From NCBI GenBank assembly GCA_019057375.1, contig DXJF01000053.1:13268-77267 (forward strand): DNA of 64,000 nucleotides, given 5' to 3'. A model generated the notes under the pieces. That model searched no databases. It worked only from the letters and a program-made list of their open reading frames with translations, and was not told the DNA's origin. The translations under genes were made by a program, and so were the position numbers. Origin of the DNA: Candidatus Heimdallarchaeota archaeon (lineage in GTDB: Archaea > Asgardarchaeota > Heimdallarchaeia > Heimdallarchaeales > Heimdallarchaeaceae). Below, piece by piece: positions 48,329 to 57,085 of this stretch. How positions within the stretch are numbered: position 1 is the first letter of the stretch; the number at the start of each line of letters is the position of its first letter.

Positions 48329-48360
48329 AACATATAGTTTTTCCCGAAAAATTTAAAAAT
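48329..48360 (+). promoter_or_regulatory. Promoter of dppB: AACATATAGTTT / TTTTCCCGAAAA / ATTTAAAAA
   Basis: Same two motifs as upstream of the SBP gene, directly before a TATA-like box. Confidence 0.55.
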
Positions 48361-48398
48361 ATTTCAATTATAATAGATTTAGAAATGGAGTTATAATC

Positions 48399-49637
48399 AT
48401 GTCTGTAATGGATTTTTTTCAACGTGTATACTCTCCTATATCTGGATTCTTTGAAGAAATATACGATTTTTTATCTGAAATTCTTCAAAAGGAAACAATA
48501 TACAAAGAAATACAAAAAGAAGATGTCTTCTCACAAAGAATCTCTAAAAGGTTTTTGATAATCGGATTTTATCCACGTATCTCCCCTCTTTGGTATATTT
48601 TATTGATAATAATATCATTAGTAAATTTCTGGCGAAATAAAAGACTTAGGAATTATGTTTTAAAGAAATTATTTTTTGCTGTGATTGCATATTTCATCGC
48701 AATTATTGTTGTTTTCATTATTTATCATGTATTACCAGGGAATCCAGCGGATCTTTTTGCTATGGATCCGCGCGCCGATCCAGCACTAAGGGACGCATTG
48801 CTACAGAGATGGGGACTAGACCAACCATTAATTAATCAATTTTTCATATTCCTAAGAAATCTTTTTCAAGGAGACCTAGGATATTCTTTTCTTCATAAAA
48901 GACCTGTTTCTGAATTGATTGGTGAAAGGCTTCCATGGACTCTTCTTCTGCTTGGTTCATCATTTGTTATTAGTGGTGTTGTAGGTATACTTCTAGGTTC
49001 TGTTGTTGCATGGAGAAGAGGTTCTAAACTAGATACAACTTTTGTTTTAACTTATAATGTTTACAATGCAATTCCTTTATTCTTTACAGGGATGATTTTC
49101 ATCGCAGTTTTTGGATATCAAGCTAGGATTAATAATTGGCCATTCTATTTCCCGATTCTAGGTGGAAAAACGCCTTGGATTAATATTGAAACCTCAGGTT
49201 TCTTTCTGGTCTTGCTTGATGTTCTTTGGCATTTAGTACTCCCACTTACAGTTCTTGTTATCTATGGAGTTTTAAGTTGGTCGTGGTTCATGCGAGGAAA
49301 TCTTATTAATGTAAAGACAGAAGATTACATTCAAACAGCAAAAGCCAAAGGTCTTAGTGACACACAAGTGCTTTTTAGACACGGTTTTAAAAATGCATTA
49401 CTACCTGTAATTACGAATATAGGAATGAGCATTGGTGGGTTAATAGGAGGATCCGTGCTTGTTGAAACAGTTTTTGGTTATCCAGGAACTGGTTCAATGC
49501 TTTATGAAGCTATTTTGTACGGAGATTATCCTCTTCTTCAAGGATCTTTCATTATTATTGCAGGTATTACATTGCTGGGACTCCTTTTAGCAGAAATTGC
49601 TTATGGTTTCATCGATCCAAGGATAAGGAGTGATTAG
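48399..49637 (+). CDS. dppB: Peptide ABC permease DppB/OppB with N-terminal extension
   Basis: LPGNPA, GDLGYSF, RLPWTL.L, EDYIQTAKAKG, ETVFGYPGTG, DPRIR. Confidence 0.93.
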   Translation: MSVMDFFQRVYSPISGFFEEIYDFLSEILQKETIYKEIQKEDVFSQRISKRFLIIGFYPRISPLWYILLIIISLVNFWRNKRLRNYVLKKLFFAVIAYFIAIIVVFIIYHVLPGNPADLFAMDPRADPALRDALLQRWGLDQPLINQFFIFLRNLFQGDLGYSFLHKRPVSELIGERLPWTLLLLGSSFVISGVVGILLGSVVAWRRGSKLDTTFVLTYNVYNAIPLFFTGMIFIAVFGYQARINNWPFYFPILGGKTPWINIETSGFFLVLLDVLWHLVLPLTVLVIYGVLSWSWFMRGNLINVKTEDYIQTAKAKGLSDTQVLFRHGFKNALLPVITNIGMSIGGLIGGSVLVETVFGYPGTGSMLYEAILYGDYPLLQGSFIIIAGITLLGLLLAEIAYGFIDPRIRSD

Positions 49638-49648
49638 GAGGAATAAAT

Positions 49649-50575
49649 ATGGGCATGAAAATAATTGGAAATATCTTGGATTCAATAAATATTAATAATA
49701 TGAAACGTAGACTGAGAAAACTGAATGCTTCCTTTAAAATATTTAGGAGAAACTGGATGGGAGTAACGGGTTCAATTTTATTGCTAGTTATTGTAATTTT
49801 AGCAATAGGAGGACCTAACTTAACAAAATACGACTCACATGCAGACGCTACAGTAATAGATCGACTCTTACCACCAAATTGGGATCACTTGTTAGGGACA
49901 AATAGATATGGACAAGATGTTTTTACAATTCTTTTAGATAGTCTAAGAATATCTTTACTAGTTGGGATTCTTGCTGGAGGTCTAACAGTTGTAATAGGAA
50001 CCACTATAGGAGTCGCAAGTGCATATATTGGAGGATGGGTCGACAATTTCATTATGAGAATAACTGATGTAATTTTAGTTCTCCCAGCATTACCTTTAAT
50101 GCTTGTATTAGCTTCCCTACCCTTCTTATGGGGGAGAACACACTGGTCAGTTATAGCATTCGTTTATGTTATTGTTTTTTGGCCAGTTTCCGCTAGAATT
50201 ATACGAGGACAAGCCTTATCTCTTAAACAACGAGCTTTTATTACAAGTGCAAGATCTGCAGGAGCTGGTAAATTTTACATTATTTTCAAACATATATTAC
50301 CAAATGTTTTTCCTCTAATGCTCACCATGGTCATAACATCAATGAGACAAGCTATTCTTTATGAAGCATTCTTATCATATTTAGGGCTTGGAGATCCTTT
50401 AAATTGGACACTTGGACAAATGCTTCATGTTGCTCAACAACAAGCAGCTTTCGCTTCGGGAGCATGGTGGCTTTTCTTCCCACCTGGAATAGCAATTGGA
50501 TTAATAACTCTAAGTTTCGCATTTATTGGTATGGCACTTGATGAAATAGTAAATCCAAGACTTAGAAAAAGGTGA
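49649..50575 (+). CDS. dppC: Peptide ABC permease DppC/OppC
   Basis: HLLGTNRYGQDVF, GGWVDNFIMRITD, ARSAGA...IIFKHILPNV, LSYLGLG, WWLFFPPG. Confidence 0.95.
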   Translation: MGMKIIGNILDSININNMKRRLRKLNASFKIFRRNWMGVTGSILLLVIVILAIGGPNLTKYDSHADATVIDRLLPPNWDHLLGTNRYGQDVFTILLDSLRISLLVGILAGGLTVVIGTTIGVASAYIGGWVDNFIMRITDVILVLPALPLMLVLASLPFLWGRTHWSVIAFVYVIVFWPVSARIIRGQALSLKQRAFITSARSAGAGKFYIIFKHILPNVFPLMLTMVITSMRQAILYEAFLSYLGLGDPLNWTLGQMLHVAQQQAAFASGAWWLFFPPGIAIGLITLSFAFIGMALDEIVNPRLRKR

Positions 50576-50579
50576 TTAA

Positions 50580-51740
50580 ATGGCATTACTTGAAATTAAA
50601 AACTTAAAAACTTACTATCATACCAGCACAGGAGATGTTAAAGCAGTTGATGATGTCAGTTTCAAGCTAGAAAAAGGAGAAGTACTAGGTCTAGCAGGAG
50701 AATCCGGATGTGGAAAAACTACAACGTGTCTTTCAATTATGAGAATGATACAATCTCCAGGTGAGGTTATTGAAGGTGAATTAATTTACGAAAATGCTTT
50801 CGAGGTTATCCTTAGAGATGAGAAATTCTTTAATAGATATTTACTTAAGAAAGTTTTTCCAAAAAGAAAAGAGAGAGAAGAACAGAGATCTAAAAGAGAA
50901 AAGTTAAGTTTTCGAGACTACCTATCTAGATTTAAGGATAATCAGATAATTGATAGAATATTGAAACGGAGAGAGATTAGAGACAAAACTCACAATTTAC
51001 TCACTCTTTCTGAAGAAGAAATGAGAAGAATAAGGGGAAAACATATAGCTATGATATTCCAAGGTGCAATGAATGCTTTGAACCCTGTTCATCGCGTTGG
51101 AAATCAAATTCTAGAAATGATCAAAATTCATGATCCAAAAATCAATAAAGATGTAGCATGGGAACAAGTGATTAAAATATTAGAAACTGTAGGTATTGAT
51201 TCTTCAAGAGCTAGAGACTATCCTCATCAACTTAGTGGAGGGATGAAACAAAGAGCATTAGTAGCTATGGCACTTGTAAACAATCCCGATATTATTATTG
51301 CTGATGAACCTGTAACAGCTTTGGATGTAATAGTACAAGCACAAGTTCTTAAAGCAACTAAACAATTACAGAAAGATTTTGATTTATCTATGATAATGAT
51401 AACTCATGATTTGTCAGTGATTGCAGAAGTTTGTGAAACACTTGCTATTATGTATGCAGGTAAAATTGTAGAATATGGAAAACTTAGAACTTTATTTAAA
51501 GAACCTTCACATCCATATACAAAAGCGTTGATAAACGCCTTTCCTAGCATATCAGGACCTAAAAAAGAGCTATTTGATATAAAAGGAGCCCCCCCTGATT
51601 TACGTAATCCTCCATCTGGATGTAGATTCCACCCTCGATGTCCTCAAGTAATGGATATCTGTAGTCAAGAAGAACCTATAAATACACCAACTAAGGATGG
51701 TTTTGTGGCTTGTTTTCTTTATCAAGGAGAGGAGAAGTGA
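50580..51740 (+). CDS. dppD: Peptide ABC ATPase DppD/OppD with a charged insertion of about 65 aa
   Basis: GESGCGKT, YPHQLSGGMKQR, ADEPVTALD, HPYT, GCRFHPRC. Confidence 0.95.
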   Translation: MALLEIKNLKTYYHTSTGDVKAVDDVSFKLEKGEVLGLAGESGCGKTTTCLSIMRMIQSPGEVIEGELIYENAFEVILRDEKFFNRYLLKKVFPKRKEREEQRSKREKLSFRDYLSRFKDNQIIDRILKRREIRDKTHNLLTLSEEEMRRIRGKHIAMIFQGAMNALNPVHRVGNQILEMIKIHDPKINKDVAWEQVIKILETVGIDSSRARDYPHQLSGGMKQRALVAMALVNNPDIIIADEPVTALDVIVQAQVLKATKQLQKDFDLSMIMITHDLSVIAEVCETLAIMYAGKIVEYGKLRTLFKEPSHPYTKALINAFPSISGPKKELFDIKGAPPDLRNPPSGCRFHPRCPQVMDICSQEEPINTPTKDGFVACFLYQGEEK

Positions 51741-51747
51741 AACAGAA

Positions 51748-52743
51748 ATGATAAAAAATGATGTAATTATTGAAGCAGAAAATCTGAGAAAACTATTTCC
51801 AGTAATGAGAGGTTTATTTTCAAAAGGAGAAGATAGTTTTGTACACGCAGTAGATGAAATTTCTTTTAAGATTCACAGAGGTGAGACTTTTGGTTTAGTC
51901 GGTGAATCTGGTTGCGGAAAATCAACAACTGGAATGCTTCTACTTCATCTGTTAAATCGAACTAGTGGAAAGATTTTTTTTAAAGAAAATGAGATAACTC
52001 GTATTTCTAAGAACATGCGTAAGGATATTCAAATGATATTCCAGAACCCTTATGATTCTTTAAGTCCTCGTTTTAGTGTTTTAAATATTATAGCTGAACC
52101 ATTAAGGCTTATGAAAATACTTCAAGATGAAAGAGAAATAGAGAAAAGAGTAATAGAGGAATTGGAGGATGTAGGTCTCGTTCCAGCAGAAGATTTTCTT
52201 AACAGATTCCCTCATGAACTAAGTGGTGGTCAAAGACAAAGAGTAGGAGTTGCCAGATCTTTCGTACTAGATCCTGAGTTTATTGTAGCAGATGAACCTG
52301 TTTCTATGCTTGATGTATCAGTTCGAGTTGGAATTCTGAAAATGATGAAAGAGTTAGCTCAGAAACGTGGAACTGCTTTTCTATTTATAACACATGACCT
52401 TGCTTTGGCTAGAGTGATGTGTGATCGACTTGCAGTAATGTATTTAGGTAGAATTGTAGAACAAGGACCAACTGAAGAACTAATACAACATCCTTTACAC
52501 CCCTATACACAAGCACTAATTGCTGGAGTTCCTAAACCTGATCCTGATGCTAAGAGAACAGAAGAGCTACCTATTATAGGAGAAGTTCCAAGTGGTATCC
52601 ATATACCAAAAGGATGTAGGTTTAACCCACGATGTCCTTATGCGACTGATGAATGCTCTGAAATTGATCCTATACTAGAACAAGCAGGTGATAAGCATTT
52701 TGTGGCTTGCATAAGATATAAGAAAATCAAAAATATAGAGTAG
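51748..52743 (+). CDS. dppF: Peptide ABC ATPase DppF/OppF (start reassigned to ATG 51748)
   Basis: GESGCGKST, FPHELSGGQRQR, ADEPVSMLD, GCRFNPRC. Confidence 0.95.
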   Translation: MIKNDVIIEAENLRKLFPVMRGLFSKGEDSFVHAVDEISFKIHRGETFGLVGESGCGKSTTGMLLLHLLNRTSGKIFFKENEITRISKNMRKDIQMIFQNPYDSLSPRFSVLNIIAEPLRLMKILQDEREIEKRVIEELEDVGLVPAEDFLNRFPHELSGGQRQRVGVARSFVLDPEFIVADEPVSMLDVSVRVGILKMMKELAQKRGTAFLFITHDLALARVMCDRLAVMYLGRIVEQGPTEELIQHPLHPYTQALIAGVPKPDPDAKRTEELPIIGEVPSGIHIPKGCRFNPRCPYATDECSEIDPILEQAGDKHFVACIRYKKIKNIE

Positions 52744-52771
52744 TTGTTAACAAAATACTGATGTGAGGTAA

Positions 52772-54943
52772 ATGAATGAAGAAAAATATGAGAAAATTGA
52801 GATCCTTATGAGGGATGGGGAGTACCAAAAAGCATTAGTTGATATTGATAAAAATCTAAAAAAGAAAGATTTACCTAATAATGATATTTTAATTCTGCTA
52901 TATCATAAATGTACTATATTTAATATTTTAGGCGAGTATAACGAATCAATAAAAAAAGCAAAAAAACTTCTTGATGAATCAAGAAAACAAAAGAATCAAC
53001 TATTCGAATTAGATGCATTTCTAATAGAGATTTTTGCAGAATATAGATTAAATAAATTAGAACATGTATTGAAATTAATCGATTCTACAGAGAAAAAAAT
53101 TGATGACTGTCGCCTTAAAGGGATAGAAGAAAGAAAATCACAATTACTTGTAAACAAAGTCTATGTTCACACTGCAAAACGAGAAATTGAGAAAGCATAT
53201 GTTATAGCTCAACAAAATTATGAATTGTGTCAAGAAATAGATGATAAATCACATTTAGCTAGAGCTTATTACATATTTGGGTGGGTGTATGATGAGATGG
53301 GAGAGATTGATAAAGCAGTTGAGAATTTTCATAAAAGTTTGGAAATGAGAGAAGATATTGGAAACAAGTGGAGTATAGCTCACACTTTACACAGTCTTGG
53401 ATACTCTTATAGGAATAAAGGAGAATTAGATATTGCACAACAATATTTTCTACGAAGTTTGGAGATTCGTGAAAAAATAGGTAATAAACAGGATATTGCA
53501 TGGACACTACATAACTTAGGAGATACTTATTTTGGTAAAGGAGATTTCAAACAAGCTCAAGCCAATTTAGAAAATTCTCTTTTGATATTCCAGGAAATTG
53601 ATCTTAGGTGGGGAATAATTTTTTCTCTTCTTCGTTTAAGCTCGATATATGAGAACGTTGATAATCCTCAGCTAGTAGTTGACACTTTAGAAAAAGCTCT
53701 TTACTATGCTCAAATGGTTGAAAATGTTGATCCTGAAGCCTATGTTCTTTTTGATTTGATTAGATTTTTAACAACTATGAAGCTTAAGACCAATGTGATA
53801 AATGATTATCTAACAAGGCTTGAAACCATCAATAATTCATATAGAAACAAACTTTTCAATCAAATTTTCCTGCTTGCAAAAGCACTTATATTAAAGTCTA
53901 GCAATGATACTAGAAATAGAAAAAAAGCAAGAAGAATTCTTCAAGAAATTACTGAAGAAGAAGTAGTAGATTTTTATTTTACCAGAATAGCAATGATTCA
54001 CTACAGTGAATTATTAGCAGAAAATCTCAAAAAATATTTGGGAGATGATATCTTAATAAGTGAATTAACTGAGCTTTCAGACAATCTGTATCCTACACAA
54101 TTCCAACAATCATATTCATTAGTAGCTGAAAGCTTTTTGCACCAAACTAAATCAGCTTTGGAAAAAGTTGATATTACAAGAGCAAAAGAGCTATTAAGAA
54201 AAGCACAATACATTTATGATTTGCTTGATTTGTATAATAAAGGACCAACACCATTTAGAATATTATTTGCTCTTTTTATAAAAGAAAGATGTTTAAGTGA
54301 ACTTAGCGATTTATTGAATGTCACGAAAGGAGCATTAACTGGACATCTTAAACTATTAACAGATTTAGATCTTATAAAAATCTCAAGAGAAGAACAAATT
54401 CGTTCTGCACGAATGTTAAAGAAATATTATACTCTGGGGGAAAAAGGTATTGAATTACTTCAACCATTCAGTTTTGATATTCATGAAAGCATAGACCAGG
54501 AAAAAGTTCAATCGTCTGTCTCAATAGATTCATTAATGATACCACGTCTGATGATAAAAACAATTAGAGATACTACATTTTTAATAGATGATTATCAAGA
54601 CTTCTTAGAAGAACAATTTATACTTAAACCCTTAAAGTCTATGGAAAATAAAAAACTTGATAAGAAAGATATAGAAAAAGTGAAGAAACTCTTTAGTGAG
54701 GGGGATGAAATAAAAATCAGCCATCTCTTTCTAACAGAAAAACAATTCAAAATTTATCTGGAGCTTTGGAAGGAATTTAATGTAAAAGTACAAAATGAAG
54801 TACTTGAAGATAGAATAGACTCTCCTAGCAAAATAGAAAAAGAAAAATCTAAGTATGTAGCAAATATATGCTTACCAATTCAAGACATGCTAATTTTGGA
54901 AAGATATTTAAGCAAAAAGAAAAAAGAGACACATAAGGATTGA
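52772..54943 (+). CDS. TPR-repeat protein with C-terminal ArsR-like winged HTH
   Basis: 40-aa TPR repeats (LG..Y...GE.D.A...F.KSLE.RE.IGNK); HTH LSELSDLLNVTKGALTGHLKLL...YYTL. Confidence 0.85.
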   Translation: MNEEKYEKIEILMRDGEYQKALVDIDKNLKKKDLPNNDILILLYHKCTIFNILGEYNESIKKAKKLLDESRKQKNQLFELDAFLIEIFAEYRLNKLEHVLKLIDSTEKKIDDCRLKGIEERKSQLLVNKVYVHTAKREIEKAYVIAQQNYELCQEIDDKSHLARAYYIFGWVYDEMGEIDKAVENFHKSLEMREDIGNKWSIAHTLHSLGYSYRNKGELDIAQQYFLRSLEIREKIGNKQDIAWTLHNLGDTYFGKGDFKQAQANLENSLLIFQEIDLRWGIIFSLLRLSSIYENVDNPQLVVDTLEKALYYAQMVENVDPEAYVLFDLIRFLTTMKLKTNVINDYLTRLETINNSYRNKLFNQIFLLAKALILKSSNDTRNRKKARRILQEITEEEVVDFYFTRIAMIHYSELLAENLKKYLGDDILISELTELSDNLYPTQFQQSYSLVAESFLHQTKSALEKVDITRAKELLRKAQYIYDLLDLYNKGPTPFRILFALFIKERCLSELSDLLNVTKGALTGHLKLLTDLDLIKISREEQIRSARMLKKYYTLGEKGIELLQPFSFDIHESIDQEKVQSSVSIDSLMIPRLMIKTIRDTTFLIDDYQDFLEEQFILKPLKSMENKKLDKKDIEKVKKLFSEGDEIKISHLFLTEKQFKIYLELWKEFNVKVQNEVLEDRIDSPSKIEKEKSKYVANICLPIQDMLILERYLSKKKKETHKD

Positions 54944-54972
54944 GCTAGAAATCAAAAATTCAATCTATCACT

Positions 54973-56019
54973 TTATTTTCTTTTTAGTTTAATTTTATTT
55001 CTTACATTTATTATAAATTCAAAAATCAAGAATATTCCAACAGAATATGAAACAAAAACTGTAACAATTACTCTTTCAAAACTCCCATGAACACGATCAT
55101 ATCTTAAATAGTAATAAACTAAACCTTCTCCAAGAGTGTAAAAAGGACTCAAAACATTGTAGATTTTACTTCGATCATGTATTCCATGGTTTTCAATTCC
55201 TAGCTGATTTACAATGATAGAAGTATTATGAATTTTTAATTCATTCATTACTGCATTTTCTGAAAAATTTTCAGTGTTTAGAGCTGTCCAAGCAAAGACT
55301 CTTCCTCCTTCAGAAGCATCAGGGCTATGAAAATCTGTCCCTGTAATCATCCCTATTGTTTCATTGTTTTCAAGACAAAATTGATATGATGTTTCATCAA
55401 AATCCATTCCATTAATGATTTCAATAAAATCTACTCCCCAAGAAAGAAGTTCCTCTCTTGAAGGGGTTATATCACCTACAGTCTTTTCAGTAAATGGAAT
55501 ATGATTTACAGTTACTATTCCTCCTTGATTGTGAACCTCTAAAATAGCATCCTGAATCTCAGTATCCGATGGACTTCTAGGAATTTTTAAAGACCATTCA
55601 GAAATTCCAATAAAATTTAGATGTACTCTTCTTGTTGTCCATTCCATGCCTTGAAGTACAATAATTTCATCCTTGTATTCTTCAGCTAATTCAGCAATTT
55701 CCTTCGAATTCCGAAGAGTATTGTGATCTGTTATAGCAACAGCTGTAAAACCTAATGCAATATGCCATTCAATATTCTGTCTTGTAGTTAATCTTCCATC
55801 ACTATATTTTGTATGAGAATGCTGGTCAAATAATACATTATAAGTAATATTTGTCACTGGGACAAAAGGTTCCTCATTATCCCAGCTATTATCATAATAT
55901 TTAACCTTTGGAGGACCAAATTTAAAAATTAGAACACTGGAAGCTAAAATTAAACCTATTAGTAAAACGAAGATGGATGAATGAAACACAAGTTTACGAA
56001 TAGCTTTAAAATAGCTCAT
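54973..56019 (-). CDS. Membrane-anchored PHP-domain phosphoesterase
   Basis: DQHSHTKYSDG, AITDHN, GMEWT..VHLN, VNH, GTDFH; N- and C-terminal TM helices. Confidence 0.9.
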   Translation of the reverse strand: MSYFKAIRKLVFHSSIFVLLIGLILASSVLIFKFGPPKVKYYDNSWDNEEPFVPVTNITYNVLFDQHSHTKYSDGRLTTRQNIEWHIALGFTAVAITDHNTLRNSKEIAELAEEYKDEIIVLQGMEWTTRRVHLNFIGISEWSLKIPRSPSDTEIQDAILEVHNQGGIVTVNHIPFTEKTVGDITPSREELLSWGVDFIEIINGMDFDETSYQFCLENNETIGMITGTDFHSPDASEGGRVFAWTALNTENFSENAVMNELKIHNTSIIVNQLGIENHGIHDRSKIYNVLSPFYTLGEGLVYYYLRYDRVHGSFERVIVTVFVSYSVGIFLIFEFIINVRNKIKLKRK

Positions 56020-56180
56020 ATGTTAGCAAATTAGATTTTTTTTATAAAAGCATTAAGTTCTTTCAACAAAAATTAGATTCAAATCTAATTACCATGATAA
56101 ACGAATAGTTTCTAGAACTTCCTTTCCTTATTCTCCTAAATCTGTTGCTGTTATGAGAAGAATATTAATTAGCTTGACAC

Positions 56181-57074
56181 ATGTCTCATGAGATTGAATC
56201 ATTTAATAAGTGTGTATTTAAAATAACTCAACGGGAGTTATTCCACAGTTTGTTAAAGTTGAACAATGAGATGAGTGTAAAATCTGAAGTAATGGTTAGA
56301 GTCGAAAATTTAGTGAAAACTTTTGGAGATGTTGTAGCAGTAAATGGATTAACATTTGATGTAGAACCTGGTGAGATTTTCGGTTTATTAGGTCCTAACG
56401 GTGCAGGGAAGACTACTACTGTGAAAATCCTCCTTGGTTTATTGGAAGAAGACAGTGGTGAAATAGAGGTTTTTGGACTTGATCCTAGTAAAGAAGAAAT
56501 TAAGATAAAAGATCGAATAGGGTATGTTTCAGAAGATCCTTTGATATATCGGTCGATGACTCCTAGGATGCTTTTCAATTTCATATCTTCTATAAGAAAT
56601 CTAGACGAAAAAGAAACAACAGAGAAACTCAGGTATTATTTTGAAAGTTTAGAAGCTGTTGAATATTATGATAAACTGATCGCAACTCTCTCAAGAGGAA
56701 ATAAACAAAAAATGCAAGTTATAGCATCTTTACTGCATGATCCTGATTTATTAATCATGGATGAACCTCTTACTGGATTAGATGCTAAATCAGCTAAAGT
56801 CCTTAAAGAAATCCTTGAACTTCACACAGAACGTGGTGGTTCTGTTATTTTTTCAACTCATATTCTAGAAGTTGCAGAAGAAGTTTGTGATAGGATTGCT
56901 ATCATGGATAAGGGTAAACTTGTAGCTATTGGAACTTTGGAAGAACTTTCAGTAATGGCAAATAAAGCAGGTGCTGATTTAGAGGATATCTTCCTCAAAC
57001 TAACAAACCAAGATGAATCGGTTGCTCACATAGTTAAGAATCTACGGAAAATGTTAGGAAACAATAAGAAATAG
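56181..57074 (+). CDS. ABC-2 type ATP-binding protein (true start probably ATG 56271)
   Basis: GPNGAGKTT, LSRGNKQK, LLIMDEP, STH. Confidence 0.95.
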   Translation: MSHEIESFNKCVFKITQRELFHSLLKLNNEMSVKSEVMVRVENLVKTFGDVVAVNGLTFDVEPGEIFGLLGPNGAGKTTTVKILLGLLEEDSGEIEVFGLDPSKEEIKIKDRIGYVSEDPLIYRSMTPRMLFNFISSIRNLDEKETTEKLRYYFESLEAVEYYDKLIATLSRGNKQKMQVIASLLHDPDLLIMDEPLTGLDAKSAKVLKEILELHTERGGSVIFSTHILEVAEEVCDRIAIMDKGKLVAIGTLEELSVMANKAGADLEDIFLKLTNQDESVAHIVKNLRKMLGNNKK

Positions 57075-57085
57075 GCTGATTATGG

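Noticed and set aside
50793-50993. DppD insertion as a mini-intein
   Set aside because: No N-terminal Cys/Ser block A and no His-Asn C-terminus before a C/S/T.
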